From Flavobacteriales bacterium (lineage in GTDB: Bacteria; Bacteroidota; Bacteroidia; Flavobacteriales_C; GCA-002722245): 64,000 bases of DNA. The notes under the pieces were generated by a model, which worked only from the letters and a program-made list of their open reading frames with translations, made no database searches and had not been told where the DNA came from. Shown one piece after another: positions 43,069 to 55,101 of this stretch. Where the stretch lies: the NCBI GenBank assembly GCA_023251095.1, contig JAHEZL010000001.1, forward strand, positions 131,871 through 195,870, in the 5' to 3' direction. The translations under genes were made by a program, and so were the position numbers. Within the stretch, counting starts at the first letter, position 1. Each line of letters begins with the position of its first letter.

Positions 43069-44283
43069 ATGAAAAATAAACTCAAAAAATCAGTGGCGGT
43101 ACTTGGCTTAAGTATGTCTACAATAATAGGAACATTAAGTTCCTGCAACGCCCAACCGCCGATAGTTCAGCATCCTCAAACACAAACACAGCAGCAACAA
43201 AAAGATACTGCACAGGCAAAACTGATTCAGGTAGTATTTGCGCTGGATGCCACAGGCAGCATGTCGGCATTGATTTCCACAGCCAAAGAAAAAATATGGT
43301 CGATAGCCAGCAGCTTGTCGCAAGCGCAAAACACCGATATTGAAATCGGACTCGTTTTTTACCGCGACAAAGGAGATGCCTTTCTCACTAAAATAATTCC
43401 ACTGTCGAAAGACCTCGATGATGTTTACCAGCAACTGATGGCCGTTACTGCCGATGGTGGCGGCGACACTCCCGAAAGCGTTAACAAAGGTTTGTATGAT
43501 GCACTGATTGGAATGCAATGGAGTAAAAAAACCAACACATATAAAAGCATTTTTTTGGTGGGCGACTGTCCGCCACACATGGATTATCAAGACGATGTTA
43601 AATATTACGAGTCGTGTAAAATTGCCAATAAAATGGATGTTGTTTTAAATACTATTCTGATGGGCAACGATAGTGAAGCCTACAGAATATGGAAAGAAAT
43701 TGCCAATTGTGCACAGGGTTCTTTTATGCAGGTAGGCATGAACGCCAATAACATTGCGGTAAATACGCCTTTCGATATTCAGATCACTGAAATTTCTATC
43801 CGTCTCGACAGAACCAGAATTTACTACGGAAGAGAAGAAATGAAACAGAAAAACTACACGAAAGCGGCGCAAAGCGAAGTGATGAAAGACGGACTCAGCA
43901 CTGCCTCCGCAGCCCGACGAGCAGAGTACAACTCTACCAGCGCAGGGGAATCGGCTTATTATGGTAGCGGGGAAATGGTGAGTGAATATGAAAAAGGGAA
44001 AGTAAAACTGGATAGTGTTCCGGCCAACCAATTGCCCGACAATATGAAAACCATGACTACAGCAGAAAGAAAAGCTTACGTGGAAAAAATGGTGAAAGAA
44101 AGAAACTCGCTTGAACAACAAATGAAGGATTTGGTGGCTAAGCGTCAGGCTTACATTGAAGCGGAAATAGTTGCGAAAAAAGGAGAGGAAGCAAAAAACT
44201 CTTTTGAGTACAAAGTGTACGAAAACATCAAGCAGCAAGCCGCTAAAAAATCTATTCATATAAATGGTAAGGTGAAGTATTAA
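43069..44283 (+). CDS. vWA domain lipoprotein
   Basis: Lipobox LSSC; MIDAS DATGSMS, GGGDTPE, LVGD.PPH; start set at ATG 43069. Confidence 0.88.
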   Translation: MKNKLKKSVAVLGLSMSTIIGTLSSCNAQPPIVQHPQTQTQQQQKDTAQAKLIQVVFALDATGSMSALISTAKEKIWSIASSLSQAQNTDIEIGLVFYRDKGDAFLTKIIPLSKDLDDVYQQLMAVTADGGGDTPESVNKGLYDALIGMQWSKKTNTYKSIFLVGDCPPHMDYQDDVKYYESCKIANKMDVVLNTILMGNDSEAYRIWKEIANCAQGSFMQVGMNANNIAVNTPFDIQITEISIRLDRTRIYYGREEMKQKNYTKAAQSEVMKDGLSTASAARRAEYNSTSAGESAYYGSGEMVSEYEKGKVKLDSVPANQLPDNMKTMTTAERKAYVEKMVKERNSLEQQMKDLVAKRQAYIEAEIVAKKGEEAKNSFEYKVYENIKQQAAKKSIHINGKVKY

Positions 44284-44454
44284 ATCCCTCTTGCCATCAC
44301 ACAGAATCCCTTCGCACTCTCCCTTTTATAAAGGGAGAAGGGCACTACTCATTCATCCTCTAATTATGATTTTCAGGGAATGGGCAACTAACTGACTTCC
44401 TCCTTTGGAAAAGGAGGAGTGCGAAGGGATTCTGTGCGAGGGGAAGGAGGATTT
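44282..44454. repeat. REPIN/MITE-like element, family 2, copy 2
   Basis: AAATCCCTCTTGCCATCACACAGAATCCCTTCGCACTCTCCCTTT...AAAGGAGGAGTGCGAAGGGATTCTGTG...GGATTT; overlaps the vWA gene stop codon. Confidence 0.88.
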
Positions 44455-44483
44455 TGAAACAAATATTATCTAAAACGCTACTC

Positions 44484-45074
44484 ATGAAATACCTATTCGC
44501 ACTTCTTTTCATGTCTTTCATCTGCACTCCTCCTCCAAAGGACAACCCTCTTGAAAGAGCCAAAACAAAAGCCCTCGAAGCTTTTACTTATTGCAAGAAA
44601 AATGGAATGGATACCACCTTATGCATCCTTATAGATATGAGTATGCATTCAGGAAAAAAGAGACTCTTCCTTTGGGATTTTAAAAAAGACACAATGGAAA
44701 CCTCTGCCTTGTGCAGTCACGGCTCGGGTCCTAATTCATGGAGCCATGATTATACCAAGGAAAAACCGGTGTTCAGCAATCAGCCCGATAGTCACTGCTC
44801 GTCTTTGGGCAAATATAAAATTGGCGACAGGAGTTACAGTTCATGGGGGATTAAAGTGCATTATAAATTACACGGACTGGAAACCACCAACAACAATGCT
44901 TTCAAGCGTTACGTAGTTTTGCATTCGTGGGAAGAAGTGCCCGACACAGAATTATATCCCGCGGGAGCTCCCGAAGGATGGGGCTGTCCGGTGGTGTCTC
45001 TGGAAATGATGAAGCTGCTGGATAAAAAATTACAAGGACTTAAAAAACCTGTGCTGTTGTGGATTTACAATTGA
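44484..45074 (+). CDS. Murein L,D-transpeptidase catalytic domain (YkuD_2-like) protein
   Basis: IDMS.HSGKKR, CSHG.G, FSN.P.S.CSSLG, L.GLE..N.NA..R.VVLH, GWGCP; start set at ATG 44484. Confidence 0.85.
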   Translation: MKYLFALLFMSFICTPPPKDNPLERAKTKALEAFTYCKKNGMDTTLCILIDMSMHSGKKRLFLWDFKKDTMETSALCSHGSGPNSWSHDYTKEKPVFSNQPDSHCSSLGKYKIGDRSYSSWGIKVHYKLHGLETTNNNAFKRYVVLHSWEEVPDTELYPAGAPEGWGCPVVSLEMMKLLDKKLQGLKKPVLLWIYN

Positions 45075-45076
45075 AA

Positions 45077-45424
45077 TTATTCCTTGCCTTTTTCCAAATG
45101 CAAAACATGCATTAACCGATGCAAGGCCGGAGCACTCATCACAGCAATGGTGGTTAAAAAAACAATACCGCTATATAAAGAATAAAAAGAAGCAAATATT
45201 TTGGCTGTGTCGCTGGGCATCAGATCAATCGGTCCCATTCCCGTTAAAATCATAGAGGCATTCAGCAAAGAATCAATCCAGTTTAAATTTCCAATATAAT
45301 GATAACCCGCCATTCCTAAACCCAATGAAAACGCTACCACCGCCATTCCGTAAGCGATGTATGTAATTTGTCGGCGGGCATAATGCTTTACCGAAATAAC
45401 TTTAGCCGACTTGTGTTCGAACAT
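45077..45424 (-). CDS. Small membrane protein, 2-TM ion-channel-pore-like
   Basis: TM - W.DSLLNASMILTGMGP - AKIFAS.Y TM; resembles the minimal K+ channel layout. Confidence 0.6.
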   Translation of the reverse strand: MFEHKSAKVISVKHYARRQITYIAYGMAVVAFSLGLGMAGYHYIGNLNWIDSLLNASMILTGMGPIDLMPSDTAKIFASFYSLYSGIVFLTTIAVMSAPALHRLMHVLHLEKGKE

Positions 45425-45468
45425 GAAAATCTGTTTTTATAAATGTATTATAAAATACCTGAAATCAG

Positions 45469-45497
45469 AAAAGGCCACCCCCTCTAGGTGACCTTTT
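45469..45497 (-). terminator. Probable intrinsic terminator
   Basis: AAAAGG.CACC-loop-GGTG.CCTTTT just after the stop of 45519..45812. Confidence 0.55.
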
Positions 45498-45518
45498 CCT
45501 TTGCAAACCCACGCCTGT

Positions 45519-45812
45519 TTAGGCAGCGTAGTAGTAGGACACTCCTTCGCGGAAGGATGCGTATTTCGTTAATGATTTAGGAACAGAGAAATCATCGGCC
45601 TTCATTTCTTCTACTTCCACATAAATTCCTTCAACCAAATCCACTTTGCTAGGTTCATCTTCCCAAAGTTGTTGTTTGAAGCGGTCGTACCATTTATGGA
45701 ATTTATCCATTGAACTGAAATAGCGGGTTTCGTGAATGATTTCCGCTACTCCCTGTCTTTTCATTCCACCAGTACTTACGATGTACTTTTCTTTTAATAT
45801 TGCTTTTACCAT
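45519..45812 (-). CDS. Hypothetical protein
   Basis: 97-aa ORF with a candidate TAATTTAG promoter element upstream and a hairpin downstream; no family recognised. Confidence 0.6.
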   Translation of the reverse strand: MVKAILKEKYIVSTGGMKRQGVAEIIHETRYFSSMDKFHKWYDRFKQQLWEDEPSKVDLVEGIYVEVEEMKADDFSVPKSLTKYASFREGVSYYYAA

Positions 45813-45941
45813 AGTTGTAAGTTTTATTGGTTTATCATGGTACTAAATTACAGGAAATGGAAAGGGTAAACCATCTGAACTTATTGGTATTTTTGGCTTT
45901 CAGCAAATACGCAGGGAGGGCATCCGAAGAAATACGGAGAC

Positions 45942-46099
45942 AAATCCCTCTGCCTGCGCACAGAATTCCTTCGCACCTCCCTTTTTCAAAGGGAGAGGCC
46001 CATTCCCTGAAAACCATTATTTAAGTATGGATGAGTAACGCACTTCTCCCTTTGAAAAAGGGAGGTGCGAAGGAATTCTGTGCGCAGGCAGAGGGATTT
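45942..46099. repeat. REPIN/MITE-like element, family 2, copy 3 (inverted core)
   Basis: Perfect 55-bp terminal inverted repeat AAATCCCTCTGCCTGCGCACAGAATTCCTTCGCACCTCCCTTTTTCAAAGGGAGA; overlaps the response-regulator stop codon. Confidence 0.92.
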
Positions 46100-46730
46100 A
46101 TATCAAATTCAGCTTAGCAGCTTTTGTAATCAACTCGGCGGTATTTTGAACGCCCAGTTTTTTCATCATGTTCACGCGATGAGTTTCAATGGTGCGGGTA
46201 CTCACACAAAGAGTGTCGGCAATTTCTTTGGTGATCCTTCCTTGGGAAACCAGTTTTAAAATTTCCATTTCACGAGGCGTTAATTCTAATTGTCCGTCGC
46301 TATTAGCAACACTCATATTGGCAATCATCAACTCGGTGATATGGCGGTTGAAGTATTTGCGCCCTTCAAAAACTTCTTTGATGGCGTGCTTCAGTTCTTT
46401 TTCGTCGGCGTTTTTTAGTAAATATCCGAAAGCGCCGCTTCTCACGCTTTTCACCACATATTGTCCGTCGTCATGCATGGTGAGCACAATAAATTTCAGG
46501 TGAGGGAATTTTGTTTTTGCTGCTTGTATCACTTCCTGTCCGTTAATCCCGGGCATGGACAAATCCACCAAAACAATATCAGTTAGTTTTTCCGACAAAA
46601 GAGCCAATAATTCTTCGCCGCTCCCCACTTCCCCAACCACCTCAAAGTCCTTATCATTATTCAATATAGAGATAACGCCATCTCTGAACAATTGATGATC
46701 ATCGGCTATGATTACTTTAATTTTATGCAT
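46098..46730 (-). CDS. NarL/LuxR family response regulator
   Basis: IADDHQLFR, VDLSMP, VLTMH, GYLLK; LTPRE.EIL...EIA..L.VS.RTIETHR HTH. Confidence 0.95.
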   Translation of the reverse strand: MHKIKVIIADDHQLFRDGVISILNNDKDFEVVGEVGSGEELLALLSEKLTDIVLVDLSMPGINGQEVIQAAKTKFPHLKFIVLTMHDDGQYVVKSVRSGAFGYLLKNADEKELKHAIKEVFEGRKYFNRHITELMIANMSVANSDGQLELTPREMEILKLVSQGRITKEIADTLCVSTRTIETHRVNMMKKLGVQNTAELITKAAKLNLI

Positions 46731-47980
46731 TATACAAAAGGTATTTCCACTTCAACAGCGGTGCCCGTATCATCCGAATTTATAAAAATTTCGCCATTGA
46801 GCAAGGAAACCCGCTCACGCATATTTTTCAAGCCCGAACCTGATTTATTTTCAGCGTCACTTTTAAATCCTGTGCCATTATCGAAAACAAACAAGCTTAC
46901 TTTTTCAGGAAACTCGGTGATGGATATTTTAATGGTACTTGCTTCGGAATGTTTAACAGCATTGTTTAGGGCTTCCTGGGCAATTCGATACAAAGCCACG
47001 TTTATTTCGGGATTAATTTTACTGGCTTTTTTACGGGTATCATCAACAAAAACAATATTACTCTTTGCCGACTTCGATAAACTTTCCACCAAATTTTTTA
47101 TCGCCGAACCTACACCAAAATCAAGCAACACAGAAGGCATCAGGTTGTAAGATATCCTACGCATTTCACTGATCGTTTCATCAATCATTTGTTTCAACTT
47201 TCCTTTTTCCTCTTCTTCAATTTTCAATGCAGAAAGCTGTAGTTTAATAGAAGTAAGCAAGGGACCGGCGCCATCATGAATGTCTTTCGATAAACGGCTG
47301 CGCTCTTCCTCCTGTCCCTGCACCAAAGCCACTTTGCTTTGTTGGGTAAGCGCTTCCATCTTACGTGAAATAACTACAGAAATAAAAAGTATAAAGGCAA
47401 AAATAAGCGCAGCGATAATCAGTAACTTGATCTTAATATTTTCCAGTGCCACCAAAACTTCCGCTTCGTCGATTTCCGAGAGAAGGATCCACTTCAAATC
47501 TTTTATTTCAATTGTAGAATAAGTACTCAACACAGGCACTCCCCGATAATCGGCAAACAAAGATTTTCCTTCTTTCCCTTCCAAAGCACTTTTCACTCCT
47601 TCACTGCGCACTTCAATTTCCGAAGGATTTTTATCGGCGAAAAATCTCGAGAGCGAACGCATTTTATAATCGGCACCCACTATATAGGATTCTCCTGTTT
47701 CACCCAAACCTGTTCTCTCCAAAAGCAAGCGCTGTATATTCTTCATTAAAGCAGTATCGGCAGCAACCACCATCTCAAAACTGCTATCAAACCCGGCTGC
47801 TTTCTTGAGCAAAACTTCTTCAATCGCTGTTTTTTTCAGTTTATTAACCGATGACAATTGCTCAAGGGTTCTGTCGATCAACGCACTTTTAAACTGAAAA
47901 TAAAAAATAAAGGAAACCGACACCAATACCAGAACCCCCAGGGAAAGAAAGTAAAATATGAATTTCCGAAGTATCTTCAT
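46730..47980 (-). CDS. HisKA_3 sensor histidine kinase with Cache-like periplasmic domain
   Basis: GLGETGESYIVG..MRS.SRF, DYRG.PVLS.Y; QEEERSRLSKDIHDG, QEALNNA.KH, DNG.GF; start set at ATG 47980. Confidence 0.9.
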   Translation of the reverse strand: MKILRKFIFYFLSLGVLVLVSVSFIFYFQFKSALIDRTLEQLSSVNKLKKTAIEEVLLKKAAGFDSSFEMVVAADTALMKNIQRLLLERTGLGETGESYIVGADYKMRSLSRFFADKNPSEIEVRSEGVKSALEGKEGKSLFADYRGVPVLSTYSTIEIKDLKWILLSEIDEAEVLVALENIKIKLLIIAALIFAFILFISVVISRKMEALTQQSKVALVQGQEEERSRLSKDIHDGAGPLLTSIKLQLSALKIEEEEKGKLKQMIDETISEMRRISYNLMPSVLLDFGVGSAIKNLVESLSKSAKSNIVFVDDTRKKASKINPEINVALYRIAQEALNNAVKHSEASTIKISITEFPEKVSLFVFDNGTGFKSDAENKSGSGLKNMRERVSLLNGEIFINSDDTGTAVEVEIPFV

Positions 47981-48063
47981 TGCTTTATCAATTGCGGATT
48001 TGACAACTAAAATAAACTTCTTATTCAAGAAAAAATAATCCCGCTATTAGGTTCGTAACATTG

Positions 48064-48087
48064 AAAATTTAGACTCCCCTAAATTTT
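48064..48087. promoter_or_regulatory. Palindromic candidate operator between the kinase and glutamine synthetase genes
   Basis: AAAATTTAG-ACTCCC-CTAAATTTT. Confidence 0.45.
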
Positions 48088-48179
48088 ATTTCGAATATTT
48101 ATTAACAATTTCTTCCATGTTCGCTAAAAAAGTGTTACTTTCGTTGCCATAATTAGCAAATCCAAAAACTGTAAATATC

Positions 48180-49241
48180 ATGGGCAAAATTAAATTAGAG
48201 TACGTTTGGTTGGACGGATACAAGCCAACTCAAAGTTTACGTAGCAAAACAAAAATCGTATCAGATTCAAAATTCACAGGGAAAGTGAAAGATCTTGAAA
48301 ATTGGTCTTTCGACGGAAGCTCTACTGAACAAGCTAGCGGAGGAAAATCCGACTGTTTGTTGAAGCCTGTTTTCATTTGTCCTGATCCTGCCAGAGTTAA
48401 CGCATACATCGTAATGTGTGAAGTTTTAAACGCAGATGGTACTCCTCACCCTACAAATGGTAGAGCAACTATCCAAGATAACGATGGTGATTTCTGGTTT
48501 GGTTTTGAACAAGAATATTTCCTTTGGGATATCGAAACGGATAAACCACTTGGTTTCCCGGTAAACGGATACCCTGCACCACAAGGTCCTTACTACTGTT
48601 CAGTAGGTGCTAAAAATGCTTACGGAAGAGACATCGTTGAAGAACATTTAGATATTTGTTTGGAAGCTGGATTGAATGTTGAAGGTATCAACGCTGAAGT
48701 TGCTGCCGGACAATGGGAATTCCAAATCTTTGCAAAAAGCGCTAAAGAAGCTGGTGACCAAATCTGGGTTGCTCGTTACTTGTTGGAAAGAACTGCTGAG
48801 AAATACGGCGTTTCTATCAACTGGCATTGTAAACCGTTAGGTGCTACCGACTGGAATGGTTCTGGTATGCATGCTAACTTCTCTAACACTGCATTGAGAA
48901 CTTCAGGAAGCAAAGAAGTTTACGACGTTATCTGTAAAGCTTTCGCTCCGGTAGTGAAAGAACACATCGCTGTATATGGTGCCGACAATCACTTAAGATT
49001 GACTGGTAAACACGAAACACAAACTATCGATAAATTCTCTTACGGAGTTTCTGATAGAGGTGCTTCTATCCGTATTCCAATCGCAGTTACTGAAAATGGC
49101 TGGAAAGGTTGGTTGGAAGACAGAAGACCAAACTCTGCTGCTGATCCATACAAAGTTGCTGCAGTAATCATCAAAACTGTTAAGTCTGCAAAACTTCCTG
49201 CTAAAGCATCTGCTAACGGCAAAAAATTAGCGAAAGCTTAA
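48180..49241 (+). CDS. glnII: Glutamine synthetase type II
   Basis: EYVWLDG, LRSKT, W.FDGSST.QA, WFGFEQEY, PQGPYYC, GQWEFQI, DWNGSG.H.NFS, RLTG.HET, RGASIRIP, EDRRP. Confidence 0.93.
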   Translation: MGKIKLEYVWLDGYKPTQSLRSKTKIVSDSKFTGKVKDLENWSFDGSSTEQASGGKSDCLLKPVFICPDPARVNAYIVMCEVLNADGTPHPTNGRATIQDNDGDFWFGFEQEYFLWDIETDKPLGFPVNGYPAPQGPYYCSVGAKNAYGRDIVEEHLDICLEAGLNVEGINAEVAAGQWEFQIFAKSAKEAGDQIWVARYLLERTAEKYGVSINWHCKPLGATDWNGSGMHANFSNTALRTSGSKEVYDVICKAFAPVVKEHIAVYGADNHLRLTGKHETQTIDKFSYGVSDRGASIRIPIAVTENGWKGWLEDRRPNSAADPYKVAAVIIKTVKSAKLPAKASANGKKLAKA

Positions 49242-49260
49242 TTTGAAGTAAATTGAATAA

Positions 49261-49294
49261 AAAAAACCTCGGTGAGCAATCACCGAGGTTTTTT
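49261..49294 (+). terminator. Intrinsic terminator of glnII
   Basis: AAAAAACCTCGGTGA-GCAA-TCACCGAGGTTTTTT. Confidence 0.9.
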
Positions 49295-49316
49295 GTTTTA
49301 TACGCTGTCATTGCAC

Positions 49317-49474
49317 GAGTGTACTTCGGGTATGCTCCGCGAAGTTTTCAACTTCGCGGAATCTTTTCTTGAAGCTTTCAGCTTCCTTATAAAGACAAAA
49401 AAAAAGAGGCTGAAAGCCTCAAGAAAAAAATTCAGTCAAGTTACGCTTCGCTAAACTTAACGGAGCGCGTGAAC
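49317..49474. repeat. Cluster of hairpins (third palindrome type or structured RNA candidate)
   Basis: TCCGCGAAGTT-TTC-AACTTCGCGGA; GAAGCT-TTC-AGCTTC and GAGGCT-GAA-AGCCTC nested in a 22-bp inverted repeat; flanking G-U hairpins. Confidence 0.6.
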
Positions 49475-49479
49475 CATGC

Positions 49480-52357
<2,878 letters not shown>

Positions 52358-52439
52358 AAGAGCAAAGGTAGGGATTTGAGGCTTTGAAATAAAGATAAAA
52401 TGGCGAAAAAGAAAAAAGCTACTTATCTTAATAAACGAA

Positions 52440-54335
52440 ATGAAAAAGATTGCATCCCTTATTGTTGCCTTATTTATAGCGAGTCTCTGCTATAGCCAAA
52501 GCGCTATGAAGGATCTTATTCAAAATGAAAAAAAACATTTTGCTGCGGGAGGACTTCCTCAAAATTCAGCCACCAGCAATTGCAACATCATTTATCAGCG
52601 TTGTGAATGGCAGGTTGATCCGGCGGTAAAATTCATCGAAGGAAAAATCACTACTTATTTTATTCCCTCTGCTCCCATTGATTCTATTGAATTTGATTTA
52701 AATGACCAACTCAATGTGGATAGTGTGAAATGGCATTCAATCCAACTCAATTTTTCACAAGCCAATGCTATTTTAAAAATTAATTTCCTTTCAGCTCTTG
52801 CGCAACAGGATTCTTTATCGGTTTACTATTCGGGGGTTCCCGACAGTTCTGGCTTGGGGTCGTTTATACAAAGTACCCACGAAGGTGTGCCGATTATATG
52901 GACGCTGTCCGAACCCTTTGGGGCTAAAGACTGGTGGCCCTGTAAACAAGGGCTGGAGGACAAAATTGACTCGATAGACATAATCGTTACCTGTCCGAAA
53001 AACTACCGTGCCGCCTCCAACGGAATATTGCTAAGCGATGTTGTTTCGGGCAATCAGCGCACTTGTTTCTGGAAGCACCGCTATCCCATTGCTACTTATT
53101 TAGTGTGCATGGCTGTTACCAATTATGCCGTTTTTTCAAAGTATGTTCCTTTTCAAAACAATACGCTGCAAGTATTGAATTATGTGTATCCCGAAGATTC
53201 TGTAAATGCCGTTGCGGGCACCGAACAAATCATTTCACAAATGCAATTGTATGATACGCTCTTCGGTATTTATCCTTTTGCCAACGAAAAATACGGACAC
53301 GCGCAATTCGGCTGGGGTGGCGGCATGGAACATCAAACCATGACTTTTGTAAAAAACTGGAATTTCGAATTGCTGGCGCATGAACTGGCGCATCACTGGT
53401 TTGGCGATAAAGTGACTTGCGCTTCGTGGGAAGACATCTGGCTCAATGAAGGTTTCGCCACGTATTTGAGCGGTATTTGCTATGAACATCTTCAACCAAA
53501 CTATTGGCATTCTTTCAAAAGAAATCTTGTTACTTCCATCACCAGCGAAAAAGACGGATCGGTGAAATGTGATGACATCACCAGCGTAAACAGAATTTTT
53601 GATGGCCGACTCACCTACAACAAAGGCGCTATGATTTTGCATACCTTACGTTGGGTGCTGGGCGACAGTATTTTTTTTAGCGCATTAAAAAAATATTTAT
53701 CAGATGTAAATCTGCAATACGCTTATGCTGTTACCACCGATCTTAAAACACATTTTGAAAATACTTCAGGACAAGATCTATCGTGGTATTTCAATGACTG
53801 GTATTATGGACAAGGTTTTCCGAGCTATGAAATCACGGTTTTAAAAAACACTTCAACAGAAATAACATTTACAGTCGATCAAACTCAATCTCATGCCTCT
53901 GTTTCTTTTTACGAATTACCTATTCCTATTCAGTTTAAAAACAAAACACACGACACCACTCTTGTATTCAATCATACTTTTTCAGGAGAAAGTTTTACTG
54001 CCAACTTAGGCTTCATCGCCGATGAAATTGTTTTTGATCCGGAGGTAAATATCATTTCCGATAAGAATACTGTTTCATGGACACTGGATGAAAATCCCGT
54101 GAATATTTTCCCCAATCCTGCCGGCAGTATTTTAAATATTGAAAGCTCTTTTCCCGGGAAATTTCACAATGCTAAAGTTGACTTTATTGATATGTATGGT
54201 AAAAGCATATACTCCGCTTCATCCAATGCCAACGGCACTTTTGAGCTCAACATCAGTGAGCTGAAAGCAGGAATGTATTTTGTGAAAATTTATTTTGAGG
54301 GAGGAAGTGTGATGAGGAAAATTGTGAGAGAATAA
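52440..54335 (+). CDS. M1 family aminopeptidase with T9SS C-terminal sorting domain
   Basis: [25 protein letters not shown]; C-terminal IFPNP...GMYFVKI...RKIVRE. Confidence 0.93.
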   Translation: MKKIASLIVALFIASLCYSQSAMKDLIQNEKKHFAAGGLPQNSATSNCNIIYQRCEWQVDPAVKFIEGKITTYFIPSAPIDSIEFDLNDQLNVDSVKWHSIQLNFSQANAILKINFLSALAQQDSLSVYYSGVPDSSGLGSFIQSTHEGVPIIWTLSEPFGAKDWWPCKQGLEDKIDSIDIIVTCPKNYRAASNGILLSDVVSGNQRTCFWKHRYPIATYLVCMAVTNYAVFSKYVPFQNNTLQVLNYVYPEDSVNAVAGTEQIISQMQLYDTLFGIYPFANEKYGHAQFGWGGGMEHQTMTFVKNWNFELLAHELAHHWFGDKVTCASWEDIWLNEGFATYLSGICYEHLQPNYWHSFKRNLVTSITSEKDGSVKCDDITSVNRIFDGRLTYNKGAMILHTLRWVLGDSIFFSALKKYLSDVNLQYAYAVTTDLKTHFENTSGQDLSWYFNDWYYGQGFPSYEITVLKNTSTEITFTVDQTQSHASVSFYELPIPIQFKNKTHDTTLVFNHTFSGESFTANLGFIADEIVFDPEVNIISDKNTVSWTLDENPVNIFPNPAGSILNIESSFPGKFHNAKVDFIDMYGKSIYSASSNANGTFELNISELKAGMYFVKIYFEGGSVMRKIVRE

Positions 54336-54358
54336 ATAAAACAAGCATTTCCCAAGTA

Positions 54359-54480
54359 CGTCATTGCGAAATTTTTGTACTCAAAAATGAAGCAACCTCA
54401 TATTGGTTAAGTAATTAAAAATTAAGAAATGAGCATAATGAGTTTGCTTCATTTTTGAGTACAAAAATTTCGCAATGACG
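54359..54480. repeat. CGTC-tagged REP doublet, family 1 (long-arm variant)
   Basis: Perfect 37-bp arms CGTCATTGCGAAATTTTTGTACTCAAAAATGAAGCAA and its reverse complement. Confidence 0.9.
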
Positions 54481-54507
54481 AACCGGGTGATGACTTATGG
54501 GGTTGTT

Positions 54508-55101
54508 TCAAATCCCAAAAACCTTTGCAATTGTTTTAACAATGATTTTTAAATCGGTAGCGAAAGATTGTTGATTGATATACTCCAGATTGAGCCGTAA
54601 CTTCTCGGGCAAGATTACTTCTGTATATGTTTTTTCAGGATCGGAGGATTTCCCCAACAATTCATTTTCACTGAAATATTTGAGCGATGCCCAATCGGTG
54701 ATTCCTGGTTTCACCTCCAGCACACGCAATTGTTCAGGGGTATACATATTCACATACTTGCGCACTTCAGGCCTTGGACCAACCACACTCATTTCGCCAA
54801 TCAGCACATTGATGAGCTGTGGAACTTCATCCACTTTTAGTTTCCTGAGATAATATCCCACTTTTGTAATTCTGCTGTCGCGGGCACCTACCGTGATTTG
54901 TCCCGACTTTTCCGAATCGAGTACCATCGTGCGAAACTTAAACATCCTGAAATCCCGGTTTCCTTTTCCCACCCTTGTTTGAAAAAAGAAAACGCCGCCT
55001 TTGCCTGAAAACAAAACCAATACGGAGATGAGAATAAAAAACGGAGAGAATAAAAGCAATGCGAAAAAGGAAAATAATATGTCGAAGAGGCGCTTAAGCA
55101 T
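54508..55101 (-). CDS. Bacterial sugar transferase (monotopic phosphoglycosyl transferase)
   Basis: KRLFD, KFRTM, D.RIT.VG..LRK.K.DE.PQL.NVL.GEMS.VGPRP, KPGIT. Confidence 0.95.
   Translation of the reverse strand: MLKRLFDILFSFFALLLFSPFFILISVLVLFSGKGGVFFFQTRVGKGNRDFRMFKFRTMVLDSEKSGQITVGARDSRITKVGYYLRKLKVDEVPQLINVLIGEMSVVGPRPEVRKYVNMYTPEQLRVLEVKPGITDWASLKYFSENELLGKSSDPEKTYTEVILPEKLRLNLEYINQQSFATDLKIIVKTIAKVFGI

Noticed and set aside
43135-44259. Long antisense ORFs (151 and 204 aa) inside the vWA gene
   Set aside because: Fully antisense to a well-supported gene, with Phe-rich shadow composition and no motifs; the same applies to the other antisense ORFs in the track
49272-49454. 60-aa ORF after glnII
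   Set aside because: Starts inside the terminator and runs through hairpins; no coding features
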